A stretch of DNA of 64,000 nt from Lama guanicoe (taxonomy: Eukaryota). A program made the translations under genes and the position numbers. The notes beneath the pieces are model-generated. The model was not told the origin of the DNA. It made no database searches and was given only the letters and a program-made list of their open reading frames with translations. Shown here one piece after another: positions 1-12,400 of the stretch (position 1 is the stretch's first letter; each line of letters starts with the position of its first letter). The DNA lies in contig MU054323.1 in the NCBI GenBank assembly GCA_013239625.1, positions 17,798,029 through 17,862,028 on the forward strand. The letters are read 5' to 3'.

Positions 1-174
1 CAGCATGAGTGAGTTTGGAATTTTCAGTCTAACAATCATGCAGTTGCATGAGGATCTTTGTAAAAGCCCTGTAACCTCACCAGAACGTCCCAGATTACCC
101 TCTCCTTTGCTTTAATTAGAAAATGGGATTGCAAATCAGAACAGGGATGTAAAATTGACTTTGTCTCTCTTAGT

Positions 175-262
175 AATTTTGTCACTGGAACAAGTCACTT
201 AGTCTTTTTGGACCTCAGTTTCTGTAACACCACTGTTACAAATTTACATCTATAAAAATGTC
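175..262 (+). mobile_element. MIR SINE core fragment
   Basis: gaacaagtcacttagtc...cctcagtttc...catctataaaaatg resembles the MIR core. Confidence 0.55.
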
Positions 263-309
263 TACACTATTATCAGTAGGTGAGAAAAGCAGACAATAAG
301 TGATTTATT

Positions 310-660
310 TATGCTTTGGTCAGCTTTACTACAGAAACCATGATCCCAAAATCTCAGTGGCTCATAATAGTAATTTATTCCTCTTTCATATTGTTAATGG
401 CTATAGTCAGCTGCATATCAGCTTCTTGGGTCTTATTCTGGGACCCACGCTGAAGCAGCAGTCTCCTATGCACAGCACAGGGAAAGAGCAGGACAGCTCA
501 CAGAAACATACAACTGCTCGAAAACTTCTGCTCAGTCACGAAGTGTATTACACGCACTCGCAGACCCCTGGCCAAGGCAAGCGACGTGTTGGGCATGAAC
601 ATGGGGTGGGGATACATAATCTTCCCTCGGAAGGCACTGCGAGTCATTTAGCAACTGATT
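310..660 (-). mobile_element. Old MaLR LTR (MLT1J/K-like)
   Basis: cccaaaatctcagtggctcataatagtaatttattc resembles the reverse of an MLT1 3' end. Confidence 0.55.
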
Positions 661-784
661 AATTTGCTACAGGAATTAATTCTCCTACAGGAAACGGGAG
701 TAGCTGGGAACGATAATAGACCACGACATATTTATCTGTAAACATAAATATGCAACAAAAAAGTCTGAAACATTATTCAGTAAA

Positions 785-1305
785 ACAGTCCTAGACCAGA
801 AGAATTGAAAACATATCTTGTACATGAATGTCCATAGCAGCATTGTTCATAATGGCCCCAAAGTGGAAAACAACCCAAATACTCACCAATGAATGATGAA
901 TGGTTAAAGAAAATGTAGTCTATCCACACAATGGAATGTAGTGCAAGCATAAAATAGAATGAAGTACTGTTTCCTGCTGCAACATGGATGAACCTTGAAA
1001 ACAGTATGCTAAGTGAAAGAATCCAGTCACAAAAGATCACAGATTGTATGATCTCCTTTAAATGCAATGTCCAGATTAGGGAAATTCATAGAGATAAAGT
1101 AGGTTAGAGGTTGCAAGGGACTAGGGGACAGGGGTAGGAAGTAACTGCTAATAGGTACAGGGATTTCCTTGGCATGATAAAAATGTTCTGGAACTAGAAA
1201 ATGGTGATGACTGCTCAATCTTGTGACTATACTAAAAACCTCTTAATGAGTCACTTGTAAAGGATAAATTTTATGGTGTGTGAACTACATCTCAATTTTT
1301 AAAAA
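785..1305 (+). mobile_element. L1 3' end (L1MB-like)
   Basis: catagcagcattgttcataatggccccaaagtggaaaacaacccaaat...caacatggatgaaccttgaaaac...ttttatggtgtgtgaactacatctcaat are typical L1M ORF2-end and 3'UTR motifs. Confidence 0.9.
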
Positions 1306-1899
1306 TTCACAGAAGTTACTGGGATAATCTTTAGTTCTTTAGGTATACATTCCTATACTGCCTGAATTTTTTTTTTATAATGAACAAGTATTTTTATATT
1401 CAGAGAAAAAGAATGGAGATAGTCTAATGTGGGAAAACACAAAAATACCAGTTGCACAAAATAAAGTTACCTTGAACTTTTCTTGGGATGCAATTCATGC
1501 ATCCTAATCTCAAGTCTTTAGCAAGTTTAGAATTTGAACCACCCTTGGGTTAAGCACTTAAGAAAAAAGTCACCACCTCTCTCTATAATTAACCTGGAGA
1601 GATTCAATAGCAAAGATGGAAATATCTAAGATCAGGGAAAAATGAAAATGGGATTAGTAAAGGGTATTCATAGTCAGTGCCAGTGTATCTCAGAGGGAGA
1701 AATGGTTTCCCAAAGGATGGGAGTCAGTCAGGAGCACAGGTTTCTGCATATTTCTGTTTCTACATGCAGGGAAAAATCAAAACCACAACTTCACCTCTTG
1801 GTCTTACCACTAGAAGAATTACAAGCTTAATTAAGTCTTTTGGCCCAGGGTCTCATTTACTTTTGAGTGAACCTGAGAGCTAATATCCTAGTTAGGAAA

Positions 1900-1922
1900 C
1901 TTTTTTTTTTTTTTTTTTTTTT
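1900..1922. repeat. Poly-T tract (about 23 nt)
   Basis: Directly visible homopolymer. Confidence 0.95.
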
Positions 1923-3231
1923 AGTCTCGGGGCACGGGGGTTCCAGAGAAGTAAGATGAAGACTCAGGCCAGGGTGCTCAAGCTGACATCAGCGCGTGGG
2001 AGATCTTGCAGCAGAGGAGGGGCTGGTGAGTCCTAGAGAGTGAGCCGCATTCAGAGGAGAGATTCAGACCAAGCTGAAGCCTGCAGACTCAAGCATCCCA
2101 CCTACCCACTCAGCAGGAGTTTCCTCAGGACCCGGCAAGTGCCATTGGCCCCTCTGCATTAGAGGCCGACTGGAGAGAATCAGTAGCCAGTGTCTCTTCC
2201 ATGGTCTGAACTTCTCAATGTTAAAGGAGGTTGAGTGAACAATATTCAAAGAGCCATAAAAGTCCAACAGCTCAGCAGGCATGAAATATATCCTATTGAA
2301 CAGGCAAGGCCTCTGCCTGTGAGAGATTTATAGTAAAATGCAGCAGATGAGAGAGGCCCACACGTAATCAACAGAAAAGGAAGAATTGTACTTATGTGTA
2401 GGTGTGTATAAGCGCCTATTTCTAGAAAGGCCACAGCTAAAGTTCTTTACAAATAGCATACCATAAATGGAATTGGCCCAAACATTGCTGTTAGTTACAG
2501 TTTTGATCTAAAAGGTCAAAGAGAACTTAAAAAAGACAAAAAAAAAAAAAAACCAAAAAACCCTACGACTTATCTGAATTTTGTTAAATGTCCTTTGGCC
2601 AGAGGCAGTCATACACGATGCAGTGATGTAGCTTATTACTCATGATTTATTATTGGAAAAAGAAAAGGGCAAAGAAGTTGTTCTCCCTTATAACTCTGGC
2701 AAGAAAATACAAGGTCTTGCTATGCCCTTCCTAAAGCAACTTCCTGAAGAACAAAACCAAAACCACAAACAGCACTGCAGCTCAGGCCATTTTTACTGGC
2801 ATTATGGATAATATTATGCTAATTCTCATCTGCAACACAGATTACATTAGCAAGGTGTAACAAGAATTAATCAATGTTTATGAAGTATGTTTTCTCCTTA
2901 GCCCTGCCTGACACTCTGCCCCAGAGGTCGCATAAACCTCTGGGTCTAACATCAGTGATGGGAGGCAGGGAATTAATATAACTCCCGATTTGCTGAAGTT
3001 CTGCTAACAACCACTGATACTAATCTGTATGGAATCTGTGTCTTGCATATAAGATCCAAGTATTTAAAGTTTTCTACTAATCTGGAAAAGGGTGGCTTCC
3101 ACAGCTGGGGGAATGATAGCTGATTTTATTCAAGTACCTTGAACTGTTTCCAGCACATAGGCTCTCAAAAAAATGTATATTTTTAAGTGATGAATGAATG
3201 AATGAATGAATGAAATACTACGAGGCCACAC

Positions 3232-3830
3232 TGTATCAGAGTTATTCAGAGAAGCAGAATCAATTAGATGCACATACATACATCATATATGTATTATCAT
3301 ATATATTGCGTGTATTTGTATGTATAGACTTGGCTGACACAATTTTGGAGGCAGAGGAGTCTAGACCCAGGAGAGCCCGGATTAGTATAGTTCAAATCCA
3401 AGGCGGAAGGCCCTGAGAAGCAAAAGAGCTGATGGCGTAAGTTCCAGGCCAAGTCTGAGTCTGAAGGCAGGAGATCAGTGTGCCAGTTCAAAGACTCAGG
3501 CAGAGAGAGAAAATTTGTTCTTAGCCTTTTATTCTATTCAGGGCTTCAGTGGATTAGATGAGGTGCACCCACATTGGGGAGGGCAATCTGTGTTACTCAT
3601 CTACAGATTCAGACATTAATCTCATCTGGAAACATCCTCATAGACATACCCAGAAATAGTTTTTTTTTTTAAGTTTTCAAATACTAAGTGCCTTTTTTCT
3701 TAAATTAAAAAAATTTTTTGTATAGTCAGTTTACAATGTTGTGTCAATTTCTGGTGTAAGAGAAATAATGTTTTAACAAATATCTGAGCACCCTGTGGCC
3801 CAGACAAGTTGACACATATATATTCTCCAG
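3232..3830 (-). mobile_element. MLT2-like ERVL solo LTR, interrupted by a micro-L1 at 3660-3760
   Basis: Begins tgtatcagagttattcagagaagcagaatcaa and ends aaatatctgagcaccctgtggcccagacaagttgacacata, matching reverse MLT2 termini. Confidence 0.85.
3660..3760 (-). mobile_element. Extremely 5'-truncated young L1 tail with an extra 3' segment
   Basis: gtatagtcagtttacaatgttgtgtcaatttctggtgt matches the L1 3' ends at about 29315 and 47240; imperfect TSD agaaata(at)gtttt. Confidence 0.8.
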
Positions 3831-4234
3831 ATCTCTTGCCCAGCCCCCACTCCTCCATAGTAGGAACCAAAAACCCCCAAGTTGTGTGAACCGAAAACCT
3901 TTTTTCTGACTTCCCTTGTAATGGATGACATGCATTTGTGAGGCTAAACTGCATGGTTTGTGGCCACAAATCAAAATTTTCTGGGCACAAAGCTAATTGG
4001 CACAGAAAGAGGAAATCCGTGATTTCTGATAGCATTTAGTGCCTGCCAGATTTACTCGATTAGCTGGTTCTGGGCTCCCTTCATCGTCAGCCACACTTTA
4101 ATATTTGGATAATCAAACCAGGGTCAGAGTGTGGAATACACAGGACAGGCAAAGGGCAGAGTCTGAGCAGGTGGGCTGGATCAGAGAGCAGAGAGGCAGG
4201 GTAAGCACAAGCCCATGGTTAATGGGGAAACATC

Positions 4235-4420
4235 TCAGCTAGTTTTCAACTGAAGTCAGCAGAAGAGCTTTAAAAACTACCCCTGCCTGAGCCTTCCTCC
4301 AGACCAGTTAAATAGGATCACTTGGGACGGAGGAAATGGTGACACCAGAGTACGGGTTATCTTTAAAGACTCCTCAGATGCTTCTGAAGTGCAGCCTGGA
4401 TTGAGAAAGCCTTGTTCTGG
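4235..4420. mobile_element. MER5-like hAT-Charlie MITE
   Basis: ccagaccagttaaataggatcacttggg...tcagatgcttctgaagtgcagcctggattgagaa. Confidence 0.6.
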
Positions 4421-4486
4421 GCTGTCCAATCAGAGAGAGAGAGAGAGTGAGATGGATTCTCTCATGAAAACCAATTCAGTGGGGAA

Positions 4487-4682
4487 CAGTGGTTCCCAAA
4501 CATGTCTGCAAGTTGGAATCACCTGGGGAACTTCAAAACCTGCCTATTCCTGGGATACCCCTACAGAGGTTGTGATTGAATGAGTCTGGGGTGTAGCCTG
4601 AGCTTTGGAATTTTAAAGAGATCCCCCGAACGTATAATCTCTAGCCCCACTCCGGATCTCAGAATCAGAATCTGCATTTACA
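4487..4682. mobile_element. MER5A/B-like hAT-Charlie MITE fragments
   Basis: cagtggttcccaaa terminus, ggaatcacctgggga, gaatcagaatctgcattt. Confidence 0.7.
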
Positions 4683-4685
4683 AAC

Positions 4686-5215
4686 TTTTGACTGTGGTAA
4701 AATACAGTTGTCCCTCAGGATCTGAGGTGGATTGGTTCCAGGAACCCCAGTGATACCAAAATCCACAGATGCTCAAGTCCCTTGCATAAAATGGCATGGT
4801 TATTGCATGTAACCTACCTGTATCCTCCAATATAGTTTAAATCTTCTCTGGGTTACTTATAAAACCTAATAGAATGTAATGTAAACGCTATGTAAATAGT
4901 TGCTGGTGAGTGGCAAATTCAAGTTTTGCTCTTTGGAACTTTCTGGAAATTTTTTTTCCCAAGTGTTTTCAACCCACTATTGGTTGAATCTGCAGATGTA
5001 GAATCCATGGACACCAAGGGTCAACTGCACACATAACATAAAATCTACCATCTTAAACATTTTTAAGTGTACAGTTCAGTAGCAGTAAGTATATTCACAT
5101 CATTGCACTATCAACTTCCAGAACTCTTTTCATTTTGCAAAACTGAAACTCTATACCCATTAAATAACAACTTCCCATTCCTTCTCTCCCCAGGCTCTGG
5201 TCACCATCTCTCATA
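4686..5215 (-). mobile_element. L1MB-like 3' end split by MER2 (4686-4704 and 5028-5215)
   Basis: tgtggtaaaata|cacataacataaaatctaccatcttaaacatttttaagtgtacagttcagt...aaactgaaactctatacccattaa. Confidence 0.85.
4705..5027 (+). mobile_element. MER2 (TcMar-Tigger) MITE inserted in an L1 tail
   Basis: TIRs cagttgtccct.../...agggtcaactg; TA site on the left (4703-4704) and CA on the right; internal gataccaaaatccacagatgctcaagtccctt. Confidence 0.9.
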
Positions 5216-5654
5216 CTGCCCCTTCTCCATCTCTCTTCTCCCTCTCCCCTGCTCTTCTCCCTGCCTCTACTTATTGGCACATCTGTCCGATCTCTCTTCA
5301 TAGGCAGATCCCCTCCTTAAGTCTTTATCTTTTCTTCCTCCAAGACTGCATCCCCAGAGTTCTGGAACTATCTGGGAAAGCTGCATACCTCTCCAATGGT
5401 GAGGGAAGGACCACTGGGCAGAGAAAGACAGCATTTTCTACGTGTGTATGTGTGTGTGCCATTGAGGGATGAGGGGTAGGTGGAGACAAACTCATAAATG
5501 TAAATGACTGGCTTGTATGTTTGTCTCCTCTACTGGATTGTAGAGTTCACCGAGGACTCCTTGTCTTCCCCGGTATGTCTCTTCCATCAGAGTCCAGTTT
5601 CTGATCCATTTTCAGAATATGTGTGACAGCTGACTTCTTGGTGACCTGATCTAG

Positions 5655-6258
5655 GTAGAGAGGAGGAACAAAATTCTTTTTCTTCCTGCCCTCCTAGGTT
5701 CTCCAGCTGGGGCTTTGCAAATTAGACTGACAAAAGACAGATTAACAAGAGAAAACAAGCAGAATTTTATTAACATGTGCATCATGCACACAACTATCAG
5801 ATAAATTGTGCATACACATGGGAGCCCTCAGAGAAGGGTAACTCAGAGAGGTGGTTAGAACTTGGGCTTATATTGCATCTTAACAAAAGAACAACACATT
5901 TTTAGAGAAGTGACAAGACAAAGGAAAGGGACTTTGAGTTTTTAGCAGGGGCACATTGGGGAAGGTAAATATATCGGGAGACTAGGAGAAGATAAGGGCT
6001 AGTTAGTAGTGTGTGTTATGTAGATTCCGCTGGTGCTGTCTCTAGGCTGATAAGGGTCTAGGGCTGCCTCCAATGGTTAACTTCTGTTTTTCCTGGAAGG
6101 AGCGGGAACAACTTTGCAAATTTATATCCTGCTTTTAGGCAAATAGGGGAAGGGCAAAGAATTTTTTATGTCTGCTTCTTTTCAGTGGTCCTTAGCTCAA
6201 AATAATCAGAGTGTCAAAGTGACATATTTCTGGGTGGCATATTCTGCTACTCTTCACA
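5655..6258 (-). mobile_element. ERV1 (MER34/MER39-group) solo LTR
   Basis: agctcaaaataatc...gtcaaagtgacatatttctgggtggcatattctg...ca is the reverse of the MER34/39-type 5' end; also gactgacaaaagacagattaacaagagaaaa. Confidence 0.75.
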
Positions 6259-7749
6259 GATAACCTAGAGTGTATGCATTCATTGTGCTACCAGCTCTGA
6301 AAAAGGGGCCCGTGTACTCACGTTAGAGCATGACCTAGGATTCACTCCCTCCTTCCCCAAAGTCACAGAAATAAAGCTTCTCAAGGGCCTCAGTGGCTCT
6401 TATATCCTCTAGCATGTAGCTGACATTCTCAACAAGACTCCTTGATTGAGGTGATATTTTGAGAATTCAGAAACCAGTAGATCCCTTTGGAAGTGATATT
6501 TCACCACTGCTTTCTCATCTATAAAATCAATGCTTGTCTCTGACCCAGAACTGGGTGCAGATCTTCCTTCTTATTCACAAACAGTAGATTTTGTAAATCG
6601 ATTCACCACTCTGCACCCCTGCTCCTAATGACCTATGGTAACTTTTCTTTGTCGTTCCTCCTTTTGAAGATGGATGTTAATCTGTGGACTAAACATTTTG
6701 GAACAGCCCTGACTGTCTCCATGGCGCGTGTGTGACTTTCTCCTGTGGTCCTTAGGAACCTGGACCGGAAAGAGCTTTAATATTCACCAACAGACTAAGC
6801 TGTAAATATCACACTATTTGCTTAACTTGTAACATTAATCTTTCTGTGGCTCTGGGCATAACATAATAAGGAAAATACCACAACTTACTACAGCAAGTCA
6901 ATGGGCCAGTAAGATGGATGCTGGTATGTTTCAAAGTCATGCCAAGTTTATGTTGATAAAGTGACTTTCTTCTGGGAATCTGAAAAACAGCGCCTATGGT
7001 CCTAATCCTGTGTGACTCTGTGTTTTAGATTTACATAAAACAGGAAATTGGCCCAGTGTGGCCTCATTCATCTTTATAACTCCTCCACTGATTTATAGTG
7101 AGTGTAGTGTTATTATTCTTTCACTACCGAGGTTTAGAGAGATTAAGCTTTCAGTCAAACTAGCAAATTCTGTTTTGGTTCCAGAACCAAGGGAAAAGGA
7201 ATGGGTCTGTGGCTATGTCTACATTAAAAAAATTTTTTTTAAATTATTATTATATGATGGATATGAGGACATTTTGTTAATCAAAAGCAGTTGAGACTCA
7301 CAGACTGAATCTATTCATGGCTTGGTTAGAATTGACTTAGTTCCATGGAACAAGTCAGTGCAGCCTAACCACCACTTTGATGGATTTAAAAGAACAAACA
7401 AACTTAGAATGTTTGATTGATCTACTAAATTGACTGCATGTGGACTGTTAGAATTAAGATAGTCTTTCTAGTTACCTTGGAGAAAAATAATCTGACTCTA
7501 AATTCTCATTCTTGGGCATTTATTAAAAAGGAAAGGCCCAAATATCTCCAAATCCCTCTTTCCACATCCATTAACTACGGTATGCATTTTGACATGGTCC
7601 AATTTCTGTTAGGAATTTTGTTTAGCTGTGAGTGCAGGAGACCTGAAATAATAACACTTACACAAGGTAGAAGTTCCCTTTTCTCACAAGTAGAGGAAGC
7701 ATTGAGAATTGGTGTCACTCAGAGGCAGGACAAGAAAGTGCTGTGCCTG

Positions 7750-10108
7750 TGGGTGCAAAAAAATTGCTTCTGGTATTTCAGGCTCATGATAATAGAGAAA
7801 AAAGCATTTGTAGGTATAATGGCATACTAGATGGCCAGAGCTGTGTCATTTTGCTCCAGTACTGACAACTTTACAAAGAGTAGCAGCAACTGACGTTACT
7901 GATGAAGATTCTGGTTATTCATTGTCATGCTCTAAGATCCATCTATTCACTGCACATGTGAGTCAGGTGAGCTAAATGAGGACATAATAGAAATCACCAC
8001 TCCTTTAGTTTTCTTTACTGATGATGCTAATTTCCAGAGTTCTCTTACAAATATAGCATTGCTTTTGGTTTGCTGTTTTGTTAGAAAGGTATGGTCCCAC
8101 TAGTGCTTACTTTGGGTCAAGAAGGCAGTTTGAGGATTCTGCCATTTACTGGATTTATCCATTCAGACTGTAACTGAGGCACTGGGGCAAATAACCAGAG
8201 GTTGGATTAATGGAAACTTTGTTCCCACTGTGAGGTGGACTGGGACTCCAACTCCATCTTTCACTGGTTCCCATGTATAAGGGTCTCCTCTGGGTGTGTG
8301 TGTGGGGGAACAGAACATTCTGAGTTCCTAGGGGTTAGCACCAACCCAAAGCCGTGTTGGTAACTTGTGAGAGGGACAGGTATCTCCCTTCCTCTAGTAC
8401 ACAGTTACCTTGGTAACTGTATGCAGGTGCTTTTGGTGAAAGGGTAGAGGAAGATGTTTATAGGTTCTTACAGTGTTCTTCCCCAAGGTTTCTCCTTTTC
8501 ACTCACTGAATTGAGAGTCTGGATATTGGAGGCTAGGTGATTCTCTGGTGATGATTTAGTCAAATATGATGGTTTAAGTCTAGGTTTGCCAGGCTTAGAA
8601 TTTTTTCAGTTTTACTGGTCAAGTATCTCCCTCTTAGGCTGCCCATCTAGCTCGGTTTTAGAAACATCATGATCAGTTAGCTGCCACCAAAAGACTCCTG
8701 CAAGTCAAAACATTCTGCTATTATAATAACCACATCTACTGTTTCTGGCAGTTAAATCCTACTACTGAGTGTCTACCCCTCTGGGCATCCATCAACCCTG
8801 CTGAAATCAGGGAACTCATTTCAGTAGCAATATTTACCACCTTTATCCCCAGAGGACAGTAGAAATTCAGCAGAGCACTCTTCACAGATCCTGGTTCTCT
8901 CTTTATCAATGTTTTCCTTAATGCCTTAGGAAAGGGAGTGTTCTCTCGGCTTCGTTTTGGTATATTCTATATGTTGCATATGACAAATCCATTCCAACAT
9001 TCTTGACTCCCTAAGCTTCTGGAAGTAGCCTTTCTACTTCCTTCAGCGATAGGCCACAGTGGAATCTAGGTTTCAGTCAACTAACCAAGTTAATAGTTGG
9101 CACCAGCTAAGTTGAATGAATCCAGACTCTCTGGTTAGTACCCATGCTAATAATTTGACCCATAAAATTATGTTCCTGGTAAAATACCCAATATAGTCTC
9201 CAGGCTTTTGCAAATATTAGTTTTAGCAAAATCTTGCAATTCTTTTGGCATGTGGATCTCTTCCTTCCCGGTTTGACTTTTTTAATTGGCTCCTCTGGGC
9301 ATGCTGGGTCTGGAACTAGTTACACGTCTGGAGGGAGTGAAGGGTCACAGGTGTAAGGCACGAGAACTGGAATTCCTGTATGAGATAACTGTCTCAGATG
9401 AGGTCAATATAAGGTCTTCAAGCAGGACCAGATGAGCATCTTCAGAAAGGGGAGGAGGGCCTGCCTCTTTTGGTAAGAGAGGTGCAGTGGCTTTGAGGGT
9501 ACTCAGAATCACCTAGATCCTCTCAAATGCCCTCATTCCAACTCTTGTGGCCCCCCTCTTTCCCAGATAATACCCTGACTTTCATATAAGCTATCTAATG
9601 AGGACATAAATTCAACCTACATTGAAATTCAGTAACTGGCCAGATCTGACTCTGCATTTGCTTTGCATTTGGCTACGACAGCCATGTGACTATAAGAGAG
9701 AAAGTTCTCCTAGAGGAGTCCTAGAAGCTCCCTATTTCTCTAACAAGACCTTGGGGTGAGAATTTAAATTCTTTACCTTGTCTTCATTTTTAAAAGCTCA
9801 TGGATGCTTATAGAGGCAGCCATCCCAACCCCCATTTCTTTTATTCCTTAGCCCCACATAATGGTGTAAGTGGGAAAGCAGTCAAAAGGGAACCCAGAAC
9901 TTTGGCTTCAGTAGACACTTTATTCCAAATGTCAAAAGGGAATCACTTAGGTTGCTGTTTACCACCTCACATACATGGATTACTAGTGTCTTGTCATTTA
10001 ATTGATACCCAAATACTTAATCACTTCAACCCCAAATCGATCAGATAGTCAATCTAAGGTTCCAGGTCCTTGAAATCTGTTGTTTGCAACCACTTATAGT
10101 CCAATTTT
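7750..10108 (-). mobile_element. Decayed ERVL internal region (gag, protease, start of pol)
   Basis: Minus-strand translation gives KVRVLSGKE..SWNEGI*ED (ERVL gag KVRALIGKEWDP.WNGD.WED-like, about 9520-9590), TKVTVY*RKGDT (protease, about 8380-8420) and PLVICP..MD..SKWQNP (about 8135-8200); PBS-like aaattggactataagtggtt next to the LTR. Confidence 0.85.
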
Positions 10109-10109
10109 T

Positions 10110-10500
10110 GTATTGGTCAGAGCTCTTTAGTTGTCGATGAATTTTCTTTGGTTACTTCAAGCAGAAAGGAATTTACAGGGGAATAAAGAGCTTAAAGAAT
10201 CATTACAAAGGTTGGAGAGACAGCTTGTAGGTAAGCTTCCAGGAGTAACCCCAGTGTGCACTTCCATATTCCAAAATGACCTTCCAAAGGAGTTACAGCA
10301 TCTGCTATGACCAGGAGGCCACCACTCTGCTGGTTCCACTCCATGTTAGAAATATGAATGCCTCACGTCCCGCCTCTTCCCCATGCAACTTAGTTTTGAA
10401 TCAGTTTACTATGGGTGCATCTGACTGGTGGAATAGCAATCTCTCTAGGATCCTGGATGGGGAGAACTGGGACATACAATTTTCTATTTGTTTATTTGTT
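10110..10500 (-). mobile_element. LTR33-like ERVL LTR, probable 5' LTR of the adjacent provirus
   Basis: tgtattggtcagagctc...aagcagaaaggaattta...gggtgcatctgactggtgga; directly abuts the PBS-like sequence. Confidence 0.65.
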
Positions 10501-10685
10501 GTCGAGAAGGCAGGATCTATAGAGTGAGGGACTATCAAAATGTTAAGAAGGTATTCAAAATATTTTTGGATATCTGAGAAAGAGGCTGGAGAGAAAAGGG
10601 TAGAGCAATAGCAACTTAATTCTTGGGTTGGTGATAGGTCCACAAGGATTTGCTGTTTTCTAATACTTCATAGTGAATACATGTG

Positions 10686-11201
10686 TGTATTAGTCTGGGT
10701 TCTCCAGAGAAACAGACCAATAGGGTGGATTTTTCTTTTTCTTTCTTTCTTTCTTTCTGTCTTTCTTTCTTTCTGTCTTTCTTTCTTTTTGTCTTTCTTT
10801 CTTTTTGTCTTTCTTTCTGTCTTTCTGTCTTTCTATATTTCTATCTATCTGTCTAGAGATTTACTACAAGGAATTAGCTTATGTGATTATAGAGGCTCAG
10901 AGGTCCCAAGATTTGCAGTGGACAAGGTGGAGACCCAGGATAGCCAATGATATGGTTGCAGCCTGAGTCGGAAGGCTCAGCTCAAACACCATCAGTCCAA
11001 AGGAGAACTCTTTCTCAGCCTTTTATGCTACTCAAGCCTCCATCCACCAGGGAATGGCAGTCGGCTTTAGTCAATCTACCAATTCAAATGCTGATCTTGT
11101 CCAGAAGCACTCTCACAGTCACACCCCAAAATAATGTTTAAACCAAATATCTGGGCACCCCTTGACCCCTGTGAAATTGACAAGTAAAACTAGCCATTAC
11201 A
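10686..11201 (-). mobile_element. MLT2B-like solo LTR within an old L1 3' fragment
   Basis: tgtattagtctgggttctccagagaaacaga...aattgacaagtaaaactagccattaca; 5-bp TSD atgtg/atatg. Confidence 0.9.
10730..10853. repeat. Imperfect (CTTT)n/(CTGT)n/(CTAT)n microsatellite inside the MLT2
   Basis: Directly visible. Confidence 0.95.
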
Positions 11202-12239
11202 ATATGTTATCTACTTTTTATGTATATATCAAAGAATACTATTTTTGTATGGGTGCAAAATAAGGATTTGGGGGCAACTACAAATGACTGATGTCTACTA
11301 CAAAATATAATCCCTGTATTTAAGATTTTTATTGAGTTTAAGTGTAAATACCTGGGAAGGAGTAGTTTTTAAGTTGTTATAAGGCATTTGTATCGTGGTG
11401 TGAAGGTGAGTGGGCTGTTGAGTTTGGAGAGAGAATTCAGTCTAGGTGTTTGAGGGGTGGAAGGGTTGAGAGCATCATTAGGAATAGAGGAGGAAAGGAG
11501 GGGAGTTTGAGGGCCTGAAGACAGATTTCTGCTGCTTCATATTTTGGGGTTGCAACTGTTCTAACTTCTAGCACCTGCCTGGGATCTTTTTTGTTTTAAT
11601 TTTTTCACCTTAAGGGATATTGGCATTTTCAGGTGCCTAAGAGATTATTTCCAATTTGTTAGTCTCCTATCAGTATGCCCGGTTTTCATTTTTTAATATA
11701 CATGGGAGGACTCTGAATTAAAACTCAATCTTCCAACCTCTCTTTGTGGTTCTCTGGGTTCATACAATTAGAGAGCGCAGGTGAGGCTATACACCTCATT
11801 ATCTGCTGCTGTTTGTTTCAGTGTTGGATCAGAGGAGCCAATGAGCAGAAATTGAGCCAGGGAACTTTCTCCAAACCTAGAGTTTATGAATAATGCATCA
11901 CCCGCTGTGACTCATCAAAAGCAATGGTAAACAAATGCCACAGTTGGCCACCTCCTCAGCAATCCACAGATAGTGGTCCCACCCCTCATAAACTGTGAAC
12001 GGCAATATTTGAAGGTAGCAATGGAAATTGGTGGTGCTGGTTTATCTTTAGCATCACCCATATGCTTATTGGCACACAGTTAAGTCAGAAAAGGGACTGA
12101 GCACAAGCAAAGAGAAAAAGGTGTCCCAATTACTAAGGTATCTAGAGTTGGTGGAAATGGAAGATGTTCCCTACCTCACCCCACGTAAGTGCTCCTTCCC
12201 TAAGCTTTTTCTAGTTTTAAATGGGAAGCAACACACATT

Positions 12240-12400
12240 TTATAGTCAGATTGTCCTGGCTTCAAATCCTGCCTCTGCTACTTATGAGCTAGAGGCCCTT
12301 GGGCAAATTACTTAACTTTTCTTCTTTCATTTTGGTTTCTTACCATTTTTCAATTTTTGGTCTCCACTCAGTAAGAAGGGACGGTAGCAATACTGATCTC
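12240..12400 (+). mobile_element. MIR fragment
   Basis: cctggcttcaaatcctgcctctgctactta...ttgggcaaattacttaac. Confidence 0.75.

Noticed and set aside
1900..1956. Poly-T plus AG followed by GTAAGA as a micro-exon
   Set aside because: Homopolymers mimic acceptors and there is no other support.
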